Source of the DNA: Azolla caroliniana
Taxonomy: Eukaryota > Plantae > Polypodiophyta
DNA: 64,000 nt
Assembly: GCA_043228905.1 (NCBI GenBank)
Contig: JBHGNT010000008.1
Location: forward strand, 1,736,001 to 1,800,000
Direction: 5' to 3'
Below the pieces are notes generated by a model that saw nothing but the letters and a program-made list of their open reading frames with translations, was not told the origin of the DNA and did no database searches. The position numbers and the translations under genes are program-made. This document shows, piece by piece, positions 13,300-26,140 of the stretch (position 1 is its first letter; every line of letters starts with the position of its first letter).

Positions 13300-14829
13300 A
13301 AGCATGTTAACTTTTTTAAGGTAACTAAGAGCATTCACAACGGTGTTCATAGAACCCTTGTGATATTGTATGGAAAAATCAAAATCCTGCATAAGGTCAA
13401 CCCAACGGCTTTTACGACCAATAAGATGTGGCTAGTCAAAAAAATACTCCAATGATTGATTGTTCGTTGTAACCACAAATTGATTTCCATAGAAATAATG
13501 CCTCCATGTTTTTAGTGCATGTATAACCACAAGAAACTCTTTCTCTTGAACTGAATACTGAGATTGAGTAGCATCGAGCTTTTTACTTTCAAAAGCAAAA
13601 GTGTGACCACCTTGATAAAGGACGAAACCAATAGCACAATCACTAACATCGGTTATGATTGACAAAGGCTTGGAAGGGTCCGATAATAGAAGAGTGGGAG
13701 CTTAACAGACATGCTCTTTGAGTGTCTCAAATGATGTGTCAAGATTTTCATTCCAGGAAATTGGTTTGACAGACTTACGTGGATGACCTTTTAAAAGGTC
13801 AATTAATGGAATAGTTGCAAATTGATTTGTATAAAAATCCAACAAATCCTAAGAATGAGTGAAGTTCAAGATTATTACAGGGAATGAACTAAACTTTAAC
13901 CTTTTCAATACGAGAAGGTTGAATTTCAACGCCATTTTCGGTAATTAAATTACCTAGGTACACAATAGATTTCTGGAAAAAATCACATGATTTTGAATGT
14001 TTTGCATAGAAAGGGTTGCAAAACAAATGGAACATGTTGAACATGATCTTCCAAGGTACATCTATATATCAGAATATCATCCAAGAAGGCCAGAATATCA
14101 CCAAGTTGATCTCAGAAAACGTCATTCATCACTTCTTGGAATGTGGCTGGAGCATTAGTGAACCCGAAAGGCGTGACTTAAAACTCATAATGGCCATAGC
14201 GTGTACGAAAAGTGCTTTTAGGAATATTATCTTCGGCAATGCGAATCTGATGATAAGTTGTTCGTAAGTCAATTTCCATAAAATATCTGGCCCCATGCAA
14301 ATGATCAATCAAATCATCAACACGAGGTAACGAATATGCATTTTCATTGTCATTTTATTCAAACGGCAATAATTGATACACATTCGCCATGAACCTTGCT
14401 TCTTTGTAACTACCAAAATTGGTGCAACCCAAGGTGATTTACTATACCTAATGTGGCCCGTACTCAAGTATTCCTTAAGTTGTTTAGCGATCTCATTCTC
14501 TTATAATCGACTAAGTCCATAAGGTGGAATACTCACAGGATCAGCACCGGTGATGAGTTTAATCTAATGCTCCACATTATGTTTTGGTGGTAATGTAAGT
14601 GGCAATTTGTTAGGAAACACATCCTGAAAATCGTCTAAAATAGAGTGTAGTAATTATAGTCGTTCATAATATGGTACTTGTGTGGCGTCAGACACCCGTG
14701 ATCAATTACACACGAGTAAATTGATGAACTAGAATACTCACTTAAAGATTTATAAGACACAAATGAACGAGAAGGAAGTTTGGAACATTGAATAAAATGT
14801 TTAGAATTATTACGTTCAAATGTAATTAA
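13300..14829 (-). mobile_element. Ty3/gypsy (chromovirus-like) PR-RT linker, RT and RNase H remnant (copy B ~26810-28103)
   Basis: LITFERNN..., [44 protein letters not shown]...HALKTWRHYFYG. Confidence 0.88.
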
Positions 14830-15204
14830 AACACTTTCGCGTTCACAAGTGGAAGGATAAGGAATATTTTGTTTGATTTTGGGGCTTTTTTTGTCATTTC
14901 ACAAAACACCTTGATACTTGTATCACATACATGTTCTCAAAAACTTTATGAAAAAGTTCAAAATTTCACCATTTGGTAAAATTGATAAATGCCAAAATAT
15001 GGTCTAATACGAAAAGTAACTGTGTATTTTTAAGGAAAAATGGCAACTAATAAGTTTTTAGATCTTAAAGTTTTCAAAAGCAAAAGATTTCAAAACAATC
15101 AACTTTTTTATAGCATTGGATAAAATGTTGTGTCAATTCGTTACATATCATTGCACAAAAAATACATTAAGTAGTTATTTGCATCACTATGAGCATTCCT
15201 TTCA

Positions 15205-15700
15205 TGAGAATCACTACTATAGGTAATATACAATTGTGACTCTTCCTCCTCATTTCCAAATGTACCAACCAAATCATTGTCTTCACCAAATGGTGTCTCC
15301 AAATTGTGTGCATTACCTCTTGTTCGCCTTCAATCTGAGACATTTTCTAGGCTTCGTAATATATCTTTTATTATGTCTATTGTTGTCTTTCTTAACGGTT
15401 CAACTTTTATCAATGTAAAGTCATACACAATCATAGTCACCTTACTAATGTCAATAATAGATTTATTACAAAGGTTTAATGCATCAATACGTCCAAAACT
15501 TTACCAATCCAGAATTGGTGCCCTAGGTCATGGGCATCTATATATGCCCCACCTTGACTTCTTGCAAGTTTCCTTGTCACCTGAGTTATGCTTGTGTTGT
15601 CATCCTTGGTTCCACGTCAATGTTTCCCTGTTATGGATGGACCAAACCATGAACGTCAACATTAAGTGCTTGACGTGGTGATGGGACACAATTATTAATG
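15205..15700 (-). pseudogene. Degenerate C-terminal coding remnant, possibly a DNA transposase (copy B ~28105-28600)
   Basis: DAHDLGHQFWIGKVLDV...MIVYDFTLIKV(EP/GR)LRKTTIDIIKDIL followed by an acidic tail. The family assignment comes from recalled similarity only. Confidence 0.4.
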
Positions 15701-15794
15701 GTTTTTGGTTTATCAATGAAAAACATGTTCACCATAGGGTATCTTTTTGTGCAACATACTTCTTTGCATTATACATATGCTTCTTGTTCTCTTA

Positions 15795-16360
15795 TAAAAG
15801 CAAAGATTTTAGTACAATTCGAGTTCATGTTTAAAAAAGCTCTATTACTTGAAAAAAAAGAACATTTATTAACATAAACTCGATACATTGTATCGAGTTG
15901 ATGTAAAAAGCCGAGTTTTCATCACAACGTGATACAATGTATCATATTTCATGTTGAGAGATTTTTTTCCCAGATTTAGAAATAAATAAATAAAAATTTT
16001 GAGCTTGAGTTGATGAAAAAACTAGAGTTTTCATCACAATTCAATACAATGTATCGAGTTCATGTTTAAAGTAATTTTTTCCTTTTTATTAATTGTTTTT
16101 TATTTTTTTATTTTTTATAGGAAATCAAAACTTTAAACATAAATTCGATATTTGTATCGAATTGTGATGAAAACTCTAGTTTTTTCATCAACTCAAGCTC
16201 AAAAAATTAAAAAATTAAAAATTAAAATAAATAAATAAATAAAAACACTTTTAACATGAACTCAATACATGTTGAAAAATAAGCTTTTCAACAAGAACTC
16301 GATACATTGTATCAAATTTTATTACGAAGTCTATGTTTTACTATTAAAATTATCGAGTTC
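15795..16360. repeat. Nested palindromes and inverted repeats (copy B ~28735-29300)
   Basis: Repeated AACTCGATACA-T-TGTATCGAGTT palindromes, plus ~75-bp inverted arms at 15997-16071 and 16131-16204. Confidence 0.88.
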
Positions 16361-16739
16361 CAAAATAAATTGTATATTTTCACAAATTATCTGTATTTTG
16401 GTAATGAACTTCTGATATTTTGAAAGATTTTCCATTACAGAAATTGCTTGATGGGAATGTTTTTACTGCACTATTTAGTGTTTTTCTGCATATTATTTAA
16501 CAAAAATTCATTAATTTTTCGATATTTCACATCGACCTGTCTCTTTTCGGCATTTAGAGCCTTTTTCTAGAGTTAATATGTCTTTAAACATATAAGTTGT
16601 TAGAAATTACTTATTGGTTCATATAATTGAGTTTCTCTATATTTTTCGATCTTGCGCCTACAAGGTCAACTAAAAATCAGGATGAATGTACAATCAAGAA
16701 AATTCGTTTGAATAATTGAGGCTCGCCTTTAGAATCTAT

Positions 16740-17760
16740 TCAACTTGAGGAAGCTAGTATAGTCAGAGATTAAAGAAATATTGTTCAACAATGATATACC
16801 AAGATAGTGAAGTAAGAAACTTAGAGAAGTTAGAGTTTTTCTTGATTTTCCTACATCATTTCTTGCACATCTTGAAAGAGCGCGTAAATAAATGGGCTAC
16901 CGTTTAATGAAGGCATATGGTGTAGAAGATGGTGGCACTTTTAAGAAATTTAGCCACAAAAAGGATATCACCTGGCATTTATACTATAATGTTTATTGTG
17001 GTTTGTGGCTGAGATGATACATATATTGCGGAAGAAGGAATACATATTATTGATTGTTGGCATCCATACGGATTTTGTATGGTTGTATCAACATACGATG
17101 ATGGACCATTTATGTTTTAAAAACTTGAGAAGATGGTGAAAGATTTCGCACACAATATCCTTATGGAGAATTTCATAAGATGGACCAAGAATACTCTATA
17201 GCATAGGCCTTGAGTTCTCATTTCCATGGGATACAAAACCTTGCTTAGTAAGGAATATATTATCTTACATGGAGAGTTTTGATTTTCCCATCAATACATT
17301 CTACTTAATATTGATATTTGTCATTTGAAATGTTCTCCAATGAAGGAGGTTGGCTACTAGATTTTTTCTCCGGCTTGTGTAAATTATTATAACTTTGTTT
17401 CCTATGCCATTAGAAATCAATATAGTTTATGTTTATCTAATGCAATCTTCATTTTAGATTGTTAATGTGTACTACATCTACATTTGCATTGAAGCTATTC
17501 AGAAATACTATTACACTTAAAAAGGATGATGAGCAACTGAGTTTTATTAACATGAGGATTAAAACCTTAACATTTTCAATCTCCATCCCATGAGCCTATT
17601 CCTCCATCTAGTTGGTAAACCTAGGGAGCTAATTGATTTTGTCAACGAGCTATTTGAGGACCCTATCATTGCTAACTTATCTGGAGTAGATACTACTTCA
17701 CAAATTTTGCAGGGGAGTTCTCAAAAGGAAGAAGAGGAGAGCAATGCAGATACCTTGATA
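16740..17760 (+). pseudogene. Unidentified degenerate coding region inside the putative DNA transposon (partly ~29670-30350 in copy B)
   Basis: Protein-like segments (KKLREVRVFLDFPTSFLAHLERARK; IHIIDCWHPYGF; GKPRELIDFVNELFEDPIIANLSG) broken by stops. Confidence 0.35.
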
Positions 17761-18039
17761 ATTATGTGATATGTTCAAATTGATATATTAATGTTCAGGT
17801 CTAAGTTTGACAGTTTTGACAGTTTATGAATATTATTTTCTACATTTTTGGAGTTGTGAATTTATCAAAACTATTTATGAATATTTTCTACATTTCTTGA
17901 GTTGTGAATTTATGCAGGTTGATGAGCACTAAATTTATAGATGATGACACTAAGGATTACATTGTTGCCTCTTATACTTAAAACATTTTCAAGTCTAACA
18001 ATAGATGTCACTTCCACTTCTAGAACCTACATCTCCTTC

Positions 18040-18778
18040 ACAAGATGGTGAAACCATTAATCTTATCCATTCGATTGTCCATGACAACGACTCCACAACT
18101 TTTGAGGAACCAGTCAACATTGTACTCTGGTACCATAGGACTTCCAAGAAAGACCACAATAAACCTGAGTTCGCCAAAACTCTGAATGTCAAGTTCAATG
18201 GGAAATGTACGCAATCTAGTGATACTCTTGACAATGACTCAAAGAAACCAAACCTCTTCTATGCGTATTGCAAGAAGTGAGGCCACACAAAGGATACACG
18301 TCATCGTCTTGAGAGGAAGTCAATGAACACCCCTCCTCAAGACAAATCTATGAGTCACACAGGTGAGTCTTTTGATGTTATTGAAGTTCATACCAACCAC
18401 TTAAGTTCATGTGAATGCACTTTTCCTTCACCTTTACTTGGACCTAATGATTTACTTTGAGCAGTTGGGTATATCAATGGAACACAAGCACATTTGTTGT
18501 TTGGTTCTGGTAGTTCTCACAATTTTCTTAATGATCACTTAGTGCAACAAATGCAACTCTACATAGACGCAAATGATCATATCTATCAAGTTCACATGGC
18601 TAATGGAGACCTCCAATACATCAGTGGCATTGCTTGTCAACTGCCAATTCAAATAAATACCTATATGGAGAAACTTGACTTTCATGTTATGAAACTACAA
18701 TCTGCAAATGTCATTTTAGGATACCCTTGGGTTTTAATAAAAACCCTTCTTTGTCCATTGATTGGATTAATCACTTAA
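18040..18778 (+). mobile_element. Gypsy gag C-terminus and protease remnant (inverted piece)
   Basis: A CxxCxxxGH-like knuckle, LF(G)SGSSHNFL, VILGYPW...SIDWINHL. Confidence 0.8.
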
Positions 18779-19079
18779 AACACGTTCGTGTTCACAAGTA
18801 GAAGGATCACACATTCCACTTATAGATTCCTTTTATAATCTTGTGATTTTATGTAGTTTTCAGAAACTTGATACACTAGTATCACATGTTTTAAATAGCA
18901 TATAGAATTTGCTAATTTTTTGAGATTTATTAAGTGTCAAAATGATCATTTCTAAAATTGAATAGTGTTTCAATAAATGTTTAAATGTTGACGAACTACA
19001 GATATGAAATGTAGTTAACTTAAAGAAAATCACAATGGTAATCGCCATTAGGAATACCATTTAAAAAACATGCGACAAC

Positions 19080-19640
19080 CCATTTCTCACCCCTGACTCC
19101 TGATTTTTGGATTTGGGTCTAAGCATGATGCACATAATCCTCGAGAGGGTTAAAGGGTTTACTCAACAACGTGATCAAGTGTTGCGCTTATTCAGTTTGA
19201 TAAAGTGGTTGCAAGAACCGTTTCTTGAAAACATCGACAAAACCTTCCCAAGTTGTGGGTAACTTCTTTGAAATCCTTAGGCCACACCACCAAGTAGCAG
19301 CTTGGCCACCTAACTTACGATCGACATAACCAATGCTTATAGCATCTGGCTTGGGATGAAGCTCAAAGTGAGATGCCCAACGACCAACCCAAATGTTAAT
19401 GGCCTCCTCGGTTCTTTCTTCCTTATCTCCCTTGAATGGCATGAACCTTCTTTCGTGGACTCAATAGCCAATTCATGGAATTCTTTTCCAAAGCCATATT
19501 GGCTTGCCTCATTTCGGCCAATTATCTCAAGGTAGTTGTGAGCAATTGCTCAATACTGATCTCAACTTGTGTGCGAGATGTGGATTGGAGTTAAAAGGAC
19601 TCGGTCGTAGTTACCGCTCTAACCGTGTTCAAAACTTCTT
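19080..19640 (-). mobile_element. Gypsy gag N-terminal remnant
   Basis: PFKGDK...LGGQAATWW...PTTWEGFVDVFKKRF, a retrotransposon gag signature. Confidence 0.75.
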
Positions 19641-20651
19641 CCATGATGCAAGTTATGTGTACACAATATAAATAAGGAGGTTCAGAAAATATGCAAGCAA
19701 AATGAATGCTTTAAATTTTGATTGGAAGAACTTTATCCAAGAAAGCATCTCACATCTTTACCCCTCTAGACATATGAGATGTAATTCGAGATCCGATAAC
19801 TATGGTAACACTATGGTGTTTTGAAAAGCATGGAGGAAAACATAGCTAAGATGTTCTTCTCGGATCTCTATCTTCAATAATCATGGCGGCTCCCCAAGGC
19901 TCAACCATGGTTCTACCATCAACGGAATTTCCTAGTTAGCCTTATATTTAAATGCCAACCCAACATGTATTGATGTGGTCGAGAAAGTGTATTAGGTGCA
20001 AAGACAAGTGCACTCATAAGTAATATTCTAGTCTTGCAAGTAGCAAAATGTTCTAGAAAAAAAAAGGTCACTACCTATAAAAGTCAAGAAGTGACGAAAA
20101 CAAGGTTCAAAAAACCATGACAGTGTTACCTACTAAAAAAATGCCAAAAATAAACGTATGGTGCGAGGTATGCACATATCCATCCCAATATGGTGATTAT
20201 AATTTGCACAATTGTGACATAAACCGCACATTGATACAAATGGTGGTGGTGTTGTGCGCAAAGATGTCGTACTCAAATCTATGAGTAAAATATCAATATG
20301 GGAACTCATGTGTTTTTAATTGAGTTCTAAGGCTCAATTACATGAGTTAAACCTAGAGGACTCTTTGGAAAAAGTATTTAAAAAGCAACATGATGCCCAC
20401 TCAATATGAAAACAATAGTCTACACAAAATCATTAGCCAATAGGGAAACACACGTAAATAGTGTATATGAACATAAAAATTAAGGGTAAAAAAACAATGA
20501 AGTGTGGGTGGGTAGATGACAATCATAAGAAAATCTTAAGAAAGGGAAAAGACAAATTGTGTAATTAGAAAATACTTAGGATAATAATCAAATAGGTGTA
20601 TGAAACATTAAGCATTGCCTTAAGGTAAGAAACCCTACGGTAGTTGACATG

Positions 20652-20882
20652 CACCTCCTCAAGACCACAACATCTCATAGAATCAGCCAAGTGATGACTC
20701 AAGAGAGAGTAGAGTGGCATAGGTAGGCGACATACACCTCGTCAAGACCACCACATCCCATTGAATCGGCCAAGTGATAGCTCAAGAGAGAATAAAGTGG
20801 AATAGGTAGGCGATAAACACCTCTTCAAGACCACAACATCCCATAAAATCGGCCAAGTGATGGCTCAATAGAGAGTAGAGTG
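20652..20882 (+). repeat. 83-bp tandem repeat, ~2.8 copies
   Basis: CACCTC.TCAAGACCAC units start at 20652, 20735 and 20818. Confidence 0.9.
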
Positions 20883-23016
20883 ATTGAGATTAAATTCATC
20901 CTAAGACCTAACATTGTCAATTTAGGCTTTGAAGCACTTAACAACTACTTCCACCCACATTACTAGCAATAGGGTAGATGACAATTTGGTCCTACATCAC
21001 CACCACGGTAAGGAGGTCAACCAAGAATAAGATGTGCCCTCAATGCTACACACCTCAAACTGACATAATTGTCACAACCCATACCTCATTGGCATCTCCC
21101 AAGTCAAGAATCAAACATTGTAAATTGTGCAACACCCATTATGGCTCTACTAGAACTTAAGCATATGAAAGGAGTAGATAGGCTACCAAGTCCTTCAAAG
21201 AAAAATTAAGCCTCCTTTGAAACCTTAAGATATTCCAATGCTTGGAATTTCCGTTTTCTACAACATTATCATGGAATTATATTGATGGGAACCAATTTCT
21301 CATTATGTTCTATTTTCATGTTGACATACCATGGAGTACATGCATCGAGGAAAATTAGAGTCTAGGTACATGTTCTATTTTCAAAAAGGTCATGGCTATG
21401 AGGAATGTAAAGAGGTTGACCCTTCAAATACTCTAGCAAGGGTAACTATTTTTAAATGTGTAAATGGTTGACATATAACTAGTAAATCATATCCTATAAG
21501 AGAGAGAAGTCAATGGATGCCATAAAAGTATGTGCCACCAAAATAGTGCCTAAGATCATCGGTGCTCGTTTTAATATGCTGAATGTCTAAGACATCACCA
21601 CATTACACTAGGTTCAAAGTCATAAGGTACCCAATGAATATATCTTTGTTATAATTTCAAAGCTTGATATCATAAAATGTCTATGCTAACATTGTCACGT
21701 GAGATATAATTAAAGAGATGTCATTACCCCAAAATATTGCTACAACTTGCACAAGGCATGATTATCTTGTTGTCCCTCAAAGGGTTACAAGCACTCTTAT
21801 GACCATTGGCAATGTCGTCAATAACCCCGCGATACTCAAAAAGTATACTTCAATAAGGATCAAGTAACCTTTTTATATTGGTTTGCTCATTAGCTTGCAT
21901 TAGATGTGTCATCTTTGTCTATTGATGAACCACCATTTTCAAGATTGAATCGAAACACAATGTGCAAAATGACACACCCTAGTTCATAACCATATGTGTT
22001 GAGAAGGTATGATGATGTATTCTACCTTGTCCCTTTGTTATCTCTTCAAAGTCGCCACTAATCCATTGACAAGTACACATTCATTTTAAAAATCGAGATT
22101 TCTCAAGGATTGGGTTTATTATGATGTTTTGAAGGTTCCCTACTTGGATCTCAAAGTTAATTTCCATTGCAAAGAACCCCAAAATTGAAAAACCATAGGA
22201 CACGATTGATTATCTTTAACAACCTAGAACATGAAAACTTGGTTGACACGCCAACTTCCAAAACAGGTTTGCAATGTTGATAACGATTTATTAAAGACTT
22301 CAAGAGGTTTCTTTTGATTCCATGATCAAATCTTCTTTCAATATAAACTAACAAGCAAGACAACCAAGAATAGCATAGCCTTCCACGAAGATGTTATATA
22401 GATTTGAATATAACAACAATCATTCGCTCACATGGGTATTCACTACTCTTGATAATATTTGAGCCCCATGGAAACATCATCTTTCCATATACAATAAATA
22501 GTAGAATCCCAACTTTTGATCAAGAGAAAATTTGGTTCTTTAATGCTGCATATGCCATCGATACAGCTCCTCAACTCTTGGAAATAGGCTCAATCTCAGT
22601 CTCACCATTCTCATTTTCAATTTTGAGTGGATGGTCATCGCCATAGTTTTACAAAATAACTTATCATGTGGTTAAGATCCTTTTTAGGTCTTGCTAATCA
22701 TAAATCCATCTTTTACAACATGAAATTTGTACACAAAAAGAACAAATGATATCGTCTTAAAATAAAATCATACAAATAATCAATCACAAGGACACTCTTT
22801 ACACGGAATAACAAACAATATTTTATTAGAACGAAATGATGAAGATGAAAGTATATGAGGAGACTGAAGTGAATCCTCTGGATATGTCAATCCTTATTGC
22901 TATATACAAAGAGAGGACAATCTTTATTGTATTTGAAATCTATTGTGCACACCAATTGAAATGAAACTTAGCATGGTACATAGGAAGCTTAACATAAAAA
23001 ATTAGTTTGTAGCCCC

Positions 23017-23887
23017 TTAGCATTGGCAAGGATTGCATGAGCAGCTGCTTCCACAGCTGCACCCATGCTGGCTCGTGGCCTGACCATTGGATTCACATCC
23101 ACAAGAGCTTCCACACCCGCAGTTGGATCCACACCCACAAGACTCACCGGAGACAGTCACCTCCACCTCCACCTCCATCCTGCTTCATTCATGTTTGCTT
23201 AAAAATCTTAGAACCATTGGAAAAAATATCTTTTACGTACATACATAGATACATATAAAATGTGTCTGTTGCTTATGTTACATTAAATATGAAAACATGG
23301 TTACGATGATGATTGTCCCATATTTGCCTCACCATCACATCATACATACAGAATATATGGCGACAATGTTGTCCCATGTTGACCTCACCATCACATCAAC
23401 ATACATACATAAGCTATGGAATGAAAGTATGCATATTTTGTGGTAGAAGAAAGCATAAGGATGTAAAATAAAAGCGAAAGAGGAAGGTAAAAAAGACCAA
23501 AGGAAATTTTTTGGAAAGCCTCATCCATGATTCTTGCATATATATGAATGCATTTTCCATGTGGTAGTGTAGGAGGTTAAAAACAAATTACAATGAAAAA
23601 ATCGCGAAAAAAGGGATGGAATCTTCACCACAAGGAATCAAGAATATGGAAGCCTTTTCATGGGGCAAATCCAATAATATGTTAGAGAAAAGGCAAAGGC
23701 AAAAAGCAAAAAAATAGGTTTAAAAAAGCACCAAAAAGCAAAATAGAAAAAAAATTAGCAACAAATATGATGGAACCATTTTCATGTGGCAATAGGATGC
23801 AAAAACATAAGCAAAAAAAAGGAACTGGGGAAATCAGGTGAAGAAGCTCTAACATCACCTGCATACACTGTCACAGTTGGAAGACAT
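23017..23887 (-). CDS. Metallothionein paralogue, 2 exons (23887-23859, 23179-23017), 63 aa: MSSNCDSVCR-MEVEVEVTVSGESCGCGSNCGCGSSCGCESNGQATSQHGCSCGSSCSCNPCQC
   Basis: Same exon structure as copy A, intact GT/AG (679-nt intron), all 12 exon-2 Cys conserved. Confidence 0.9.
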
Positions 23888-24059
23888 CGTGGTATTACTT
23901 TGTTTCTGATTAGAAATGTATGACTTTGTTTTGATTGAAAGGAAGGATATGGATGTGTCTTAGATATATATGTGGGTCTTTTCGCTCTGTTCTTGTCTGT
24001 GTCTCTGTTTTTGTCTTTGGTAAATGATAATGGAGACCTTGGTGCTACCTTTTGGTGCC

Positions 24060-24067
24060 TATTTATA
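24060..24067 (-). promoter_or_regulatory. TATA box of metallothionein copy B
   Basis: TATAAATA on the minus strand at the same position as in copy A. Confidence 0.6.
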
Positions 24068-25103
24068 GCACTACATTAGGTCGAAGCCCAAAACCTTTTC
24101 TTCTTCTTCTTTTAAAATTTATTTATTGCTATAATCAAATGTTTTGATTCTCGTCCCTTATCTCATTCTTCATTCCTCTAGGATGATACTCCACCATCTC
24201 CGGGTCCTCGGGGGACAGATCATGGAGGTCCTACCCTACCTAGGGTTTGCTCGTCTGTCCCCACACATACATTATTGATTGGTGATGGAACGATTCGGTA
24301 TGGATTCCATGACACAAAACAGTATTGAATTTTTCATCAAGATTGATAAACTTTACTCATCACCCTCGTGTATCTATTCGGTAACACGATATCATATCAG
24401 AGTTTATTTGTCATCCTCAGTTATTGGTTTCCACTTAATTGTATCGACACAACTTTTACCGTGGGCTTCAAATGTTGATTTGATTATAATAGATAAGCTT
24501 TATTTGGTACCCTTACACATCGATTCAGTAACAGGATTCAAATGTCAAAATCAGACGTAATAGGATTCAAATGTAAAAAAGCCAAAAAAAAGGGCAAACA
24601 TGACATAGTCTAGAACCCATTATGTTGAATAGGAATATATTATGACATTGTGAAATTTATCATTCATCCAAATTGATGATGTTATAGCTGTGACGACTTT
24701 TAAGACCAAGCAAACAAACGTGGTAATCACTCCCATTAGAGTGGTTGGAAGTGGGGAATGGGAACGTTGTTCAAACACAATGATAAAAAGGTTATTTTAT
24801 GTCTAGAGCTCATTCTTCAGAGCGTCTCCCTCACGAATTTATTTTTTTAAAGTGATATTATCAAGTTTGTGCGTGACAAACACACTCCATGGAGTGGTGC
24901 CCACTCCTTGAGTACTATAAATTAGCACGTGTAAGCTTCTTGTCACAACTACCAAATCAATTGGCCCACATCCTTGAATATGGACAATTTTCTTGTTTAG
25001 TTAGTGCGTGTTCTTGATTGAAAGCATAATTAGCTAATGAAAATACTCCCTTATTATAGCTAAACGATTTGTCAACCTTATCATTTTAGCATCATTCACA
25101 CAT

Positions 25104-25360
25104 AACATGTTCACGTTCACAAGTGGAAGGATCACGCATTCCACTTTTAGATTCATTTTGTAGTAGTACAAATTTAGGCTATTGTGAAATATTGGGTGCA
25201 CCAGTATCACATGATTGACCACCTATATAGAATTTCCGAAATTATTAATATGTAACAAGTCTCTAAATAAAGAACATATAGTTTTCAGGAAAATATTTAA
25301 AGTCGATGATCTCCACTTCTGCAATGTATTTAAATTTAAGAATATCACAATGGCGGTCTC
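25104..25360 (+). mobile_element. Third terminus of the putative TIR transposon family
   Basis: AACATGTTCACGTTCACAAGTGGAAGGAT followed by ~250 bp similar to 18779-19050. Confidence 0.55.
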
Positions 25361-26034
25361 ATTTGACACAAGTTGATGATTTGGAACAATATTATTAAAT
25401 TGGAATTTGTTTTTGTAAGCTGAATTGTGTAAGTTTATTTATCTCGTAGAGGTGTATATGCCAGAGGAGGAAGTGATATTTACATATTAGTGATTACAAT
25501 TGATTACAATTTTTAGCAGATGCATATAGACTAACGCTCTAATGAATAAATATACACTCATGTGTAAATAATAATTAGATCGTGCTACGAAGATAAAGCA
25601 CATATATACAAATAATTCGAACATTATACATTATATAAAACAAATAAATGTTTCAATGGATGTAGATAGATTAATGCTATCAAGAATGAATATACACCAA
25701 AACATAATTTACAATACTAAGATCGTGCAACAAAAAAAAGCACATCAACCAAATAATTCAAACATTAAACAACGTATAATACAAATAATTGGAACATTCC
25801 AACATCTATACGTGGACCACATTGATAAGATAGAACCTTAAAAAAAAGTAATTATTAGATTAAAAACAAAAAGTTTGTGACAACTACATCAATTGTATCG
25901 AGATAAAAATAGTTTACATAGCTATGAGGGTGTTTACATCATTGTCTTCATCTTCCCTAGAGAATGATTCACATAACAATTCAACAATGTAAGTTGTTTC
26001 ATCAAGCGATTGGTACACTGAATTGAAAACATAC

Positions 26035-26140
26035 CCGTGCCAGAAAACAAATCTAGTATCCAATGATTTTCATTATAGAACATTTCCACCAGGCGCATCA
26101 TCAGACGTTGAAGCTTTTGATAGGGATTGACAAGTCCCAT
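26035..26140 (-). pseudogene. Exon resembling a beta-class N4C/N6A DNA methyltransferase, copy B
   Basis: GLVNPYQKLQRLMMRLVEMFYNENHWILDLFSGTG followed by a GTATGT donor-like site. Matches the HPxQKP..L..L...VLDxFxGxG pattern of N6_N4_Mtase (PF01555). Confidence 0.65.

Larger units (their letters stand above)
2320..18090 (+). repeat. Segmental duplication copy A (paralogue of ~20880-30410)
   Basis: Collinear matches such as 3600-6050 vs 22130-24590 and 12712-17410 vs 26335-30360. Copy A carries an extra copia insertion at 6882-12711. Confidence 0.93.
14830..19075. mobile_element. Putative TIR DNA transposon remnant; right end displaced by an inversion of ~18000-19075
   Basis: A 29-bp end motif AACAC(T/G)TTCG(C/T)GTTCACAAGT(G/A)GAAGGAT occurs at 14830 and 18779, each preceded by TTAA. 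Removing the element rejoins the gypsy frame IDWINHL/ITFERNN. Confidence 0.6.

Noticed and set aside
20652-20882. CRISPR-like array (also 30611-30770 and 35458-35636)
   Set aside because: These are whole-unit tandem repeats without unique spacers, there are no cas genes, and the context is eukaryotic.
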